A stretch of DNA of 64,000 nt from a virus. Lineage: Duplodnaviria; Caudoviricetes. Shown here piece after piece: positions 55,257 to 64,000 of the stretch. The position numbers and the translations under genes are program-made. The notes under the pieces are model-generated. The model had not been told where the DNA came from. It searched no databases and worked only from the letters and a program-made list of their open reading frames with translations. Numbering within the stretch: the stretch's first letter is position 1; each line of letters begins with the position of its first letter. The stretch lies in IMG/VR virus record IMGVR_UViG_3300042268_000564. One strand, given 5' to 3'.

Positions 55257-56099
55257 ATGGGGGCAGCAGCGATGTTTAAAGATTTTTTAAATGCGCTTGT
55301 AAATAAATTCAGGTTTAACAAGCAGCAGGGGCAAAAAAAGATTCTTGGTCGTAAACTGGAAGATGATTTTTATATCACAGTTGAAGGCATACCAACTCTT
55401 GAACTTGAGCGCAACGGCGTCGTGATTGCTCGTTCAACTTCACACAATATTGTAACTCAAAGAGCGTCCGTGCTTGTACAGAAACTTTTGATGATGCAGG
55501 CTGATACTTATGGAATTACACATATTGCTCTTGGAATCGGTGACCCTCATGGCTTGATTCCAGACAATTTGAATGATGGACAGCCTTGGCTATGTAATAG
55601 ACCGCCAGCAGCTCCACCACAAGGTGGACGCATAGACCCCACAACTGGTCGTCCTATTCTTGTGAATGAGATAGCAAGAAAGAAAATTGATAGCAGACAT
55701 TATCTCAACGAAGATTATTCAATCTCGCAAACAATCCTTCAGACAGGCGAAGCTGTTTCATTGCCGACTCATATTGGTGAATATAAGGCTCTCTTTCTTG
55801 AGCACGAAGGCAACGGCCCAATTATGGAATTTGGATTAGTCGGCGGCGATGTGTTTCCTAATGATGTTGATTATATTCCCTCTTATCAAACAGATGAGCG
55901 TGGGGTATTGTTGGAAGATGTAAATGGGCATTTTATCCCGATAGATGACCCTGCATCTGTGAGACTGATAAACCCCGGCGATTTAACAACTTATAAAACT
56001 CATAAGCTTTTTTACAAGACAAGTGAGGATAGATTGCGAGTTTCTTACATTTTAAAGATGTCACTCAATAATGCAGACCCTGAGCCAGCGGCAGATTAA
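55257..56099 (+). CDS. Putative tail-collar/baseplate fibre-attachment protein
   Basis: HNIVT, ITHIALGIG, LVNEIARK and NGPIMEFGL motifs typical of tail-collar/fibre N-terminal domains. Confidence 0.65.
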   Translation: MGAAAMFKDFLNALVNKFRFNKQQGQKKILGRKLEDDFYITVEGIPTLELERNGVVIARSTSHNIVTQRASVLVQKLLMMQADTYGITHIALGIGDPHGLIPDNLNDGQPWLCNRPPAAPPQGGRIDPTTGRPILVNEIARKKIDSRHYLNEDYSISQTILQTGEAVSLPTHIGEYKALFLEHEGNGPIMEFGLVGGDVFPNDVDYIPSYQTDERGVLLEDVNGHFIPIDDPASVRLINPGDLTTYKTHKLFYKTSEDRLRVSYILKMSLNNADPEPAAD

Positions 56100-56112
56100 T
56101 GGAGGCTGGTAA

Positions 56113-59100
56113 ATGACAAAGACAATCTCATCATATATATATTCAGATGCGTCAATAGTTCAGCCTTTGCAGGTAAATGCGCAGTTGGGGAAAGTAATTG
56201 GTGGTTATCAATATTCTGACCCAAGCATAATTCAGCCGTTAGAAGAAATAGGTGAAATTCCAACTGTTGAGCTTGTCGGCGGACTTTCTACTGTTTATCA
56301 AAATATCAGGTCTATTTCGGCAGTGATAAGAGTTTATGACTCTCTGACAGGGAATGATTTGCCTGATGTTAATGATGTTTTTGAATATAGTTTGGTAAGA
56401 TTTGGCGAAGCTGACTCTTGGCAGATAAATACTGATGAGAATATTCAAGTATTAAATCCAGACAATACAGTTGCTGCTGGCATGATGGAAGGTCACTTTG
56501 TTTTAAAAGTAAGAGTGACCAGAGATGGAAGTTATATTGCACCGGGTGTCCTGTCAAAAGAATTTTTTGTGGATGAAGTTGACCCGGTTGTAAGTATAAC
56601 GCCTGCGGCAGGCAGTTATTCATCTACAACTCAGATAGAATTGAGTGTGGTGGATTATACTGCGGCGACGATTTATTACACTACAGACGGGAGCGAGCCA
56701 ACTACTTCCAGCAACGCATATGTTTCTGCGATTGGAATGATGAATGCAGAAATCCGTTATATGGCAGTTGACGCTGCTGGGAATCAGAGTGCTACACAGA
56801 CAGCATCTTACTCTATAGATGATATTGCGCCTTTGATTACCGTATTGCCAGACGATACGCTTTTAAGTCTCGGCGAGGTGTGTAATGTTACTTGGCATGT
56901 TAATGAATATTGCGATACTGTTATTTTTGAACTCGGTGGTGACGGACTTAATATTGGTACCGGAACTGAATTGTTTGAATATACAAATGTAGTGGCGAAC
57001 GACCCTCGCATTACTACTATAAGCTCATTGCAATTACCAAATGGTGATTCAGAAATCAATGCCTATGCTGTTGATATTGCTGGAAATTGGGGACATGCAG
57101 GCTTTTCCATTACTTACAGCTCTCTTGTTCCTACGATTACAATATATGAAGTTTTTAGACCCGCTCTGGCTGCTGACGAAGACGGCGTTATTATTTGGTC
57201 GTCTGATTATGCAGGTGATTATGAAATCAGAGTTGGCGGTGCGAACCCCGGCGAAGGCACGCTTGTAGAAGATGGTGTTATTGCTGCGCACGAAATAAAA
57301 GAAAGTCAGGTTTTAAACTCGACTCTCGTAGCAAATGCTGACAATCAGATTAGAGTTTATGTTACTACGTCAGTAGGCAATACAGGCACGAATTCGTCAG
57401 TTAGAATGACTGTGGACTCAGAAGCACCTACCACTGTAATAAACCATTACGGCAGTGAAAGCCCATTCTCGGCACCTTTCGTGCTATCTATCACTGCGAG
57501 CGATAATGTTGTTGTAGGGATTCCTACAAATTTTGGTGAGAGTGTAGATGTAGAACCGCTTAATTATAATTTTAATGGCATGAGTCTCCAGACAGAGTGG
57601 AACTCAGGTGGCTATCAATATTCTGACCCAAGCTTATTGCAGAGTCTAAATGTTCAATTGCCTATAATCATAAGCAATGTGACAGCAATGGCTACCGTGA
57701 CCACTGCAACGGTTACTTGGGACACAAATAGAAATACAAACTCAGCTCTGTACTATGGATTGCAACCAGATTTGTCAGATGCAACCATTGAAAGTGACTC
57801 GTCCCTTGTTACTGCTCATTCTATTGGCATAACGGGGTTGACAGCCGATACGCAATATTTTTATAAAGTTGTTTCGGGAAGTGATGGCTATTTTGAAGAG
57901 TCCGCTATCCTGAGTTTTACTACAGCTACTGTCATAGATAGTGTTCCGCCAACAATTTCTAATGTAGTTGCTTCAGCAATAAGTGCGACTGAAATATTAG
58001 TTACTTGGGATACTGACGAGCAAGCAACTTCTGCTGTAATGTATGGACAACAATCAGATTTGTCTGATGGCGTTATGACAGCCATGACAGACCTTGGCGG
58101 GGTATTTTCACATTCCGTATTGTTGACTGGCTTACTGGCCAATACTGAATATTTTGTAAGGGTTTACAGTAAAGACAGGTCGACAAATGAGAACGAATCT
58201 TCTAGTGCTATTTTTAGTGCTACAACTTGGGATAGTTCTGCTCCTGTTATTTCGAATGTGACCATAGATGTATATAAAACTATTGCAGTGGTAAGATGGG
58301 AAACTGATGAGCCAAGCGTAGGGCATGTTGATTATGGCATTAATAATAGCTACGGCTTAACTGCGAATGAATTAAATGCAGGTTTGAAAACACAGCATGA
58401 AGTTATCTTACAGTCTTTAACGCCTGACAGGCTTTATCACTACAATGTTGTTGCTGAGGATTCTTATGGGAATCAGACGGCTGTTTTTGACAGAGAATTT
58501 ACAACTTTTGCCAATAGAGACGACAGAGTTGTAATTTATGCGACAACTGATGGAACTACACCGACTACATCGCATTATGGATATCGAGCGATAGGGCTTC
58601 CATTGAATATCACTGTTAATGGTGACACTATTGTCAAGTATTTTGCGGCTGATGGGTTCGGGAATCACCAAGCAGTTCAAACTGAGAATTACGCATTTGA
58701 CATTTCTGTTCCTGTAATTACGTTCGACAGCATGACACCTATTCTTTTGGGTGGCGGTCAAACATCTATTATTCGCTTCAAGGTGAGCGAGGTAACTGAT
58801 TATGAAATCCTCAATCAAGATGATACGATTCTTGCAAGTGGGGTTTCTGGCATTGATGCGTGGATAGATGCATCTGTTTCGTCAGATGACATGGTAGAAG
58901 GTTATAACCATATAACCATTAGAGCAACTGACACGTTTAATTACACAGCAGAACTTCAGATAGGGCATATAATTAAAGACACAATTCCAGCAGAGGTTGT
59001 GGCTATGCCACCTGCGGGTTATTTCAAGGAAGATGTGTTCATCGATTTGTTGCCACAAAATTTGCGCACTGGCGAACAAGTTACAATTTATTATACAACA

Positions 59101-60231
59101 GATGGCACAATGCCTGATTTGACATCACCGTCGGCAATCGGACAGGTTAATGATATTCAAATTTCTGATACAGCAACAATCAGATGGTTTTCTGTAGACG
59201 AAGTTGGGAATATCGAACCTACAAAGTATGCACATTATGTAATTGACAGAATCAAGCCAACGGTTTCAGCATCACCATTGCCGGGAACTTATGACGAAGT
59301 TCTTTATGTGACGTTAACGCCTTCAGAACAGGCTTTGATTTACTACACTGTTAATGGCAGCATTCCTACTGAAGGTTCTGCTATCTATACAGCTCCGATT
59401 CAGATATTGCGAGACACAACAATTCGTTGTTTTGCAAAAGATTTGGCGGGGAATATTAGTGACCAAATTTACACTTTTGAATATCGAATACAGGTGCTTC
59501 ATGACAAGAAATTCAAAAAGGTTATTGGGTTCCAAGATAAATTTTTGCTGGAAACAGAAATTAATGAAATGCAGGACAATCTCAATCGCCGTATAGAAGA
59601 ACTCACTGGTGATGTGGTAGGTGGTGCCTGCGCTGCATACGGTTTCGATTTAACTTTGTCTGATTATACATTTGAGTTCTTTGTTGGCAAAGGTAGAGCT
59701 TATGTTGCGGGGAAATTTATCAGTATTGTTCGTGGCGACCAAGATTTCATACCTAAGCCGCAGCAGGGTGAGAATGATAAAACCTATCATATTGTTTTAA
59801 GACCTCATGAGCCAATATATCGACCATTAATGCCGGGACAGCCGGGATGGGAAACTGGTGTTCCAGAGATAACATCCTATCGTCTTGAAGAAAGCTATGT
59901 GCTTGAGATTGTGGAAGATTTGCCAGATGTTCCTCATTTGGAACTTTATGAAATTTTCAGACCAATGACTGCAACAAGAGCGGCTGACTGTACTATAGTA
60001 GAAAAGATTCATCGTTTTGAATCCTTATGTGAATTTCAGTCGAGAATAAATCAAACTGTTTCTGAGATGCAGGCAAATTTCTTGGCATTAGGTTTAGAAA
60101 TTGAGTCTTACAAAGTAAGAAATTTGTTAGGGTTAAAAAATGCGTTTGTTGATACGTTTGAGTCTGTCAGTGATGTGGACATGAGTAAATCAACGGGGTT
60201 CAGATATAAAAATACGAGATTTGAATTGTAA
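56113..60231 (+). CDS. Large Ig/FN3/chitobiase-C-terminal repeat fibre protein with C-terminal DUF4815-like region
   Basis: Four IY(Y/A)T(T/V)(D/N)G..P units, three FN3 units (VTWDT...S.V.YG...H.V.L.GL), and C-terminal FKKV..Q..LLETEINEMQD...GRAYVAG. Confidence 0.75.
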   Translation: MTKTISSYIYSDASIVQPLQVNAQLGKVIGGYQYSDPSIIQPLEEIGEIPTVELVGGLSTVYQNIRSISAVIRVYDSLTGNDLPDVNDVFEYSLVRFGEADSWQINTDENIQVLNPDNTVAAGMMEGHFVLKVRVTRDGSYIAPGVLSKEFFVDEVDPVVSITPAAGSYSSTTQIELSVVDYTAATIYYTTDGSEPTTSSNAYVSAIGMMNAEIRYMAVDAAGNQSATQTASYSIDDIAPLITVLPDDTLLSLGEVCNVTWHVNEYCDTVIFELGGDGLNIGTGTELFEYTNVVANDPRITTISSLQLPNGDSEINAYAVDIAGNWGHAGFSITYSSLVPTITIYEVFRPALAADEDGVIIWSSDYAGDYEIRVGGANPGEGTLVEDGVIAAHEIKESQVLNSTLVANADNQIRVYVTTSVGNTGTNSSVRMTVDSEAPTTVINHYGSESPFSAPFVLSITASDNVVVGIPTNFGESVDVEPLNYNFNGMSLQTEWNSGGYQYSDPSLLQSLNVQLPIIISNVTAMATVTTATVTWDTNRNTNSALYYGLQPDLSDATIESDSSLVTAHSIGITGLTADTQYFYKVVSGSDGYFEESAILSFTTATVIDSVPPTISNVVASAISATEILVTWDTDEQATSAVMYGQQSDLSDGVMTAMTDLGGVFSHSVLLTGLLANTEYFVRVYSKDRSTNENESSSAIFSATTWDSSAPVISNVTIDVYKTIAVVRWETDEPSVGHVDYGINNSYGLTANELNAGLKTQHEVILQSLTPDRLYHYNVVAEDSYGNQTAVFDREFTTFANRDDRVVIYATTDGTTPTTSHYGYRAIGLPLNITVNGDTIVKYFAADGFGNHQAVQTENYAFDISVPVITFDSMTPILLGGGQTSIIRFKVSEVTDYEILNQDDTILASGVSGIDAWIDASVSSDDMVEGYNHITIRATDTFNYTAELQIGHIIKDTIPAEVVAMPPAGYFKEDVFIDLLPQNLRTGEQVTIYYTTDGTMPDLTSPSAIGQVNDIQISDTATIRWFSVDEVGNIEPTKYAHYVIDRIKPTVSASPLPGTYDEVLYVTLTPSEQALIYYTVNGSIPTEGSAIYTAPIQILRDTTIRCFAKDLAGNISDQIYTFEYRIQVLHDKKFKKVIGFQDKFLLETEINEMQDNLNRRIEELTGDVVGGACAAYGFDLTLSDYTFEFFVGKGRAYVAGKFISIVRGDQDFIPKPQQGENDKTYHIVLRPHEPIYRPLMPGQPGWETGVPEITSYRLEESYVLEIVEDLPDVPHLELYEIFRPMTATRAADCTIVEKIHRFESLCEFQSRINQTVSEMQANFLALGLEIESYKVRNLLGLKNAFVDTFESVSDVDMSKSTGFRYKNTRFEL
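56200..57633 (+). repeat. 27-nt near-identical direct repeat (56200-56226 and 57607-57633) encoding GGYQYSDPS
   Basis: ggtggttatcaatattctgacccaagc versus ggtggctatcaatattctgacccaagc. Confidence 0.8.
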
Positions 60232-60243
60232 GGGGTTGGCAAC

Positions 60244-61911
60244 ATGGCTTTAAGTAATGCTTCACAAACCAAAAATATAACAATTGCATCTGCTAATTAC
60301 GGGAATTATAGCAGCACTTTTGAATTTGTTGTTAACCTGAATCAAGCCCCAGAAAAAACAATCCTTGTTACGCCTGCCGACGACGAAATTTTGATTGGTG
60401 ATTTTAGACCGATACTTTCATGGAATGTGCCAGCAGACCCTGAAATGCAAGATTTACAATTTCAAGTGCAGATAGACCTTGCCAGCACATTCGATTCACA
60501 GGTTGGCGGCTTGCCTCTTATTGTCGCTGACAGTAGTGTAAGTTATGATGGATTTGATTTTACATCGCCAGTGCCGTCTGGAAACGGCACTGCAAGCTAT
60601 CAGCCAATAGTAGATTTAGCTGATAAAACTGTTTACTATTGGCGAGTGAGGGCATTTGACGGGACAAGATATGGTGAATGGTCGGAGCCTAACAAATTAA
60701 CCATTGGCATTGTTGCTACAGAGATTAGACTTGTTGCTGATAGGGTGTATATGCCAGCGGCAAATACACTTGTGAATATTACAGCGTCTTATGTTGACAG
60801 ATTTGGAAACGTGGACGTTTCTTATCAAAACTTGCTGATTTTTGTTCAGTCGCAGACGGTAATGGGGGCTTTTAGCGACACGTCGGTTCTTGTTGTGGAC
60901 GGCGTGGCTACTACAAGTTATACGTCTACTGGGGTTTTGGGTGCGACTCATATAGAAGTTGTAAGTTCAATGCCTCACAACACCCTGATATTGCGTTCTA
61001 TTGTAATTGGCGAAGTCCCTATATTAATGACACCTCTCAATGGTCAAAGGTTGCCGAGCGAGACTAGACCAAGATTAACATGGTTGGTGCCTGATGATGC
61101 TCAGGGTGATTTGTTGCATTTCAAGGTTGAAATTTTTGATTCACCTCTCATGAGCATGGGTGATTTAATATATTCAGCAGACAGCAGGCTAGACGCTACT
61201 GGCTTTATACCTGCGATGCCAGTGCAGCCTCTTATTCCGTCTGCATCTCACGATGTGCAAATGGATTTGGTTGACGGGAAGTATTGGTGGCGTGTTACAC
61301 CATATGATAGTGCGTATAAAGCTGCATCAGAACCCTTTGTATTTTCAATGCCCGATGAAATGACGGTTGTTTCTAAGCCATTGGTGAGCAATAAGGCTGT
61401 ATCACAGGTCGTGGTAATGGCGAATGTTACTATTGAGCAGCGTGGTGAAAATTTGCCTGCGGAAGCCAAGCATTTTGTTACGAATATGGCTTTTGAACCA
61501 GAGGGTGAGATTATTTGGGAAGAGGTTACTGAAAAAGCAAAAGCAAGAGGACGTCATGTTTTCGAACAAAAAGATGTTCCAGCGCATGGTTGGGCTGTTG
61601 CAATAAAAACAGTCATTAAGGCGAATGAAACTACAGGGCAAATTTCGTTAAATGGGCATGGTGTAGTTTTTGACGGTGATTATGTTGGCACAGCAGATGA
61701 AGATTATATCGGCGTATTGTCATCAGTAACGCCAATAGGTTTTACAGCAATGCCTGTAGATAGTGGCGACTCTATTGCGCTTACATGGAGTTATGTGGAT
61801 TTGAATACCGATAATAGACGGGTTATTGATAAATTCATCATTGAGGTATTTAATCCTACTACTGGCGAGTATGAGCCGTATGACGGTGGCACTGGCGAGA
61901 TTATAGCGTAA
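60244..61911 (+). CDS. FN3/Ig-domain structural protein
   Basis: Two FN3-like units (WNVPADPEMQDLQFQVQ...YYWRVRA; WLVPDDAQGDLLHFKVE...YWWRV) flanking an invasin-like Ig. Confidence 0.7.
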   Translation: MALSNASQTKNITIASANYGNYSSTFEFVVNLNQAPEKTILVTPADDEILIGDFRPILSWNVPADPEMQDLQFQVQIDLASTFDSQVGGLPLIVADSSVSYDGFDFTSPVPSGNGTASYQPIVDLADKTVYYWRVRAFDGTRYGEWSEPNKLTIGIVATEIRLVADRVYMPAANTLVNITASYVDRFGNVDVSYQNLLIFVQSQTVMGAFSDTSVLVVDGVATTSYTSTGVLGATHIEVVSSMPHNTLILRSIVIGEVPILMTPLNGQRLPSETRPRLTWLVPDDAQGDLLHFKVEIFDSPLMSMGDLIYSADSRLDATGFIPAMPVQPLIPSASHDVQMDLVDGKYWWRVTPYDSAYKAASEPFVFSMPDEMTVVSKPLVSNKAVSQVVVMANVTIEQRGENLPAEAKHFVTNMAFEPEGEIIWEEVTEKAKARGRHVFEQKDVPAHGWAVAIKTVIKANETTGQISLNGHGVVFDGDYVGTADEDYIGVLSSVTPIGFTAMPVDSGDSIALTWSYVDLNTDNRRVIDKFIIEVFNPTTGEYEPYDGGTGEIIA

Positions 61912-61924
61912 GGGGAACGGGATT

Positions 61925-62923
61925 ATGCAAAAATCAATTAATTCATTTATATATGGCGATGCGTCGACACCTGTAAATAGCCTGTTGGTGACCAGTGTCC
62001 TTCAGCCTGTTGTCGTTTTGACGGCTTTTCCACAAACATACACGAATTCAGCGCAAGCATCTTTCCAATTCAGGGTTGACTCCCTTGAAGGAAACGTGTT
62101 GAACACTGCGACAGTTTATTATAGGCTTTCACCTACAGATGCTTATATTGATATCGGCTTAGAAAGAGAAATTCCTGTTTTTCAGGCAAATATCGGCTTA
62201 AATTATATAGATTTTAAAGCTGAAATAAATGGACAGTGGTCAGACATAGTAACTTATCAATGGACTGTTGATACAGCAGCACCTACTGTTGCTAGTGTTA
62301 CACCAATAAATGAGGCTAATGATGTTGGCGTGCAGACGCAGATTGAGATTACGTTTGATGAAAATGTGCAAGCCACACCAATTACACAAAATAATGCAAT
62401 ACAGATTCAACCGTCAATTGCAGGAAGTTGGACGGGTTCAGGGGCGACGTATACATTCACGCCGAGTGGACGTTATGAATATGCTACTGAATATACTGTT
62501 GTTGGCACATCTGCAATTAAAGACATGGCAGGCAATATTTTTACAAGTGGTGAAATATGTAGGTTCGCCACTATTGAGCGCACAAATGAAGCACCGTCAG
62601 CCCCTGATTTCGATGGGATTACGAATATAAGTAGAACGTCTGGGAAGAAGCCGCAGCTCATTTTTAATATTCCTGATGATGTAGACCTTGACCGCCTTCA
62701 TTTTACTGTAGAAGTGACTAATGTTGTTTCGGGACAGGTGAGGTTATTTGCATCATTAGTTTATCCTGACAGTTTTGTTTACTATCCAACTTCAGGCACT
62801 CGAACAGTTCCTTTCCCCACTACGGGGGTGGTTCCTATGAGTGGGAAAGTTGTATTTAAAACGCCGATAGAATTGGATTCTGGCGAATATGCGTTTAAAG
62901 TTTTTGCGGACGACAGGAGATAA
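61925..62923 (+). CDS. Ig (SbsA/Big_5-like) plus FN3-like structural protein
   Basis: DTAAPTVASVTP...IEITFDENV...IKDMAGN and FNIPDDVDLDRLHFTVEV. Confidence 0.7.
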   Translation: MQKSINSFIYGDASTPVNSLLVTSVLQPVVVLTAFPQTYTNSAQASFQFRVDSLEGNVLNTATVYYRLSPTDAYIDIGLEREIPVFQANIGLNYIDFKAEINGQWSDIVTYQWTVDTAAPTVASVTPINEANDVGVQTQIEITFDENVQATPITQNNAIQIQPSIAGSWTGSGATYTFTPSGRYEYATEYTVVGTSAIKDMAGNIFTSGEICRFATIERTNEAPSAPDFDGITNISRTSGKKPQLIFNIPDDVDLDRLHFTVEVTNVVSGQVRLFASLVYPDSFVYYPTSGTRTVPFPTTGVVPMSGKVVFKTPIELDSGEYAFKVFADDRR

Positions 62924-62926
62924 AAG

Positions 62927-64000
62927 ATGGGAACTCAATTTAATACACCTACGGTAGCAGCTTATCCAACATCTTTAAATCGTGTAGCTCCTGTAGCATC
63001 TATTGTGATGCCATCTACAACTATTGTTGGTGACAGAGATTTAACAATTCAATGGACAGCGGATAAGCCTGATTGTCGGTTTAAATGGGCTGTAACAGGT
63101 TCAACAAATCTTATTCCGTGGACTACAGCTTGGGCATATGATACGAGTGTTGTTTATTCTAATGTTCCTAATGGAAGTTACACAATTTCGGTTAAAGCAC
63201 TTGATGAGTGGGGGAATGAATCTATTGTTGCAACAAAAGCAATAGATGTTCGTAGAGAAATTATTCCACCAACTGTTTTGGCACCTTTGCAGGGTGATAT
63301 TTTGCCATCAGGCAATGTGGTATTTCGTTGCACTGTGCCTCGAAATGAAACAGGTGATTTATATCATTATGCTTTTCAGATTTTGGAAGAAATATCTGAA
63401 AGTCCGTTGCAGACTAGATATGTAGAGAATCAGCAATGGTTCGATAGTCGTGATGGATATGATGGATTCAGTTTTACATCGCCAGTGCCTGAAGATGCTG
63501 GTGGTGAGGTTAGTTTTACTAAGGCTCTTGATGTAAGAAAGAATTATTATTGGGCAGTGAGAATCAGCACTCTCAGAGCTGGGGTCGTGACCTATAGTGT
63601 TACTACACAGCCGCAAAGATTCACTGTGGGGGTTTTGGCTACAAAAATAATCCTGACAGCACAGCCGGGAGTATTAAGAGCTGATAACGTGACGAAGACC
63701 ACTTTACAGGCTAAGGCTGTGAATCCGCAAGGTCAGCTTGATGTTCAGTGGACGGGAACGGTGAATTTTTCTATTGCGTCGGGAACTGCGTCTTTCGCTC
63801 AGGCTAATATTGGCGTTGGTTTTGCGGGAGGAATAGCAGAAACAAAAATGACTGCTAATGTGGCGAATGTGGTTTCAGTTTCGGCGGCGAGTAATAAGTT
63901 ATTGAATGGAACGGCAAATATTCAGTTTGTGACAAATCGTTTACCTGAGAGTCCTGCATGGCACGAGGATAATTTGGCAGAGACTAATGAAATACGGGCT
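62927..64000 (+). CDS. Ig/FN3 structural protein, truncated by the window edge (absent from ORF track)
   Basis: ATG 62927 (MGTQFNTP...), open to the end of the window; YDGFSFTSPVP, YYWAVR and FTVGVLATKIILTA parallel ORF 60244. Confidence 0.8.
   Translation, partial: MGTQFNTPTVAAYPTSLNRVAPVASIVMPSTTIVGDRDLTIQWTADKPDCRFKWAVTGSTNLIPWTTAWAYDTSVVYSNVPNGSYTISVKALDEWGNESIVATKAIDVRREIIPPTVLAPLQGDILPSGNVVFRCTVPRNETGDLYHYAFQILEEISESPLQTRYVENQQWFDSRDGYDGFSFTSPVPEDAGGEVSFTKALDVRKNYYWAVRISTLRAGVVTYSVTTQPQRFTVGVLATKIILTAQPGVLRADNVTKTTLQAKAVNPQGQLDVQWTGTVNFSIASGTASFAQANIGVGFAGGIAETKMTANVANVVSVSAASNKLLNGTANIQFVTNRLPESPAWHEDNLAETNEIRA

Noticed and set aside
56200-63490. Diversity-generating retroelement template/variable repeats
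   Set aside because: The repeats are short, differences are not adenine-specific, and no reverse transcriptase is in the window.
414-63616. Numerous short minus-strand and out-of-frame ORFs in the track
   Set aside because: They overlap long, motif-bearing plus-strand genes and lack RBS or recognisable motifs; treated as shadow ORFs, except 39832-40059.
1-64000. Genome-wide stop-codon reassignment, prompted by the in-frame TGA at 39832
   Set aside because: Long ORFs are intact in the standard code; TGA (9833, 11016, 18906) and TAG (31012, 40977) end genes cleanly before the next start.
1-64000. tRNA, rRNA, CRISPR array, integrase, terminase or endolysin
   Set aside because: None recognised by eye. 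Without an endolysin nearby, the holin interpretation of 43491-43955 stays tentative.

Overview
The window is the virion-morphogenesis region of a large contractile-tailed (myovirus-type) bacteriophage, using the standard code, GGAGG-type ribosome-binding sites and one perfect sigma70 promoter. Nearly all genes are on the + strand. Gene order: portal with a long C-terminal extension, prohead protease/scaffold, decoration protein, major capsid protein, head-tail joining proteins, two paralogous tail sheaths, tail tube, frameshifting tail chaperones, a 2039-aa tape measure, baseplate (initiator, LysM protein, hub, enlarged spike, gp25-like, J, I-like fused to a glycoside-hydrolase-like domain), then about 20 kb of Ig/FN3-rich fibre or appendage genes running off the right edge. 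Non-structural inserts interrupt this module. The best candidate for an undescribed system is a tightly packed membrane protein, stand-alone receiver domain and cytoplasmic histidine kinase (43.5-45.6 kb). Others are a ~250-nt hairpin-dense non-coding element bounded by an 11-nt direct repeat (17.57-17.84 kb), an antisense early-type gene with an in-frame TGA beside a LAGLIDADG endonuclease whose RBS is sequestered in a hairpin (39.75-40.98 kb), and a terminator-flanked dUTPase. All product calls come from motifs and synteny read by eye; no database searches were run.
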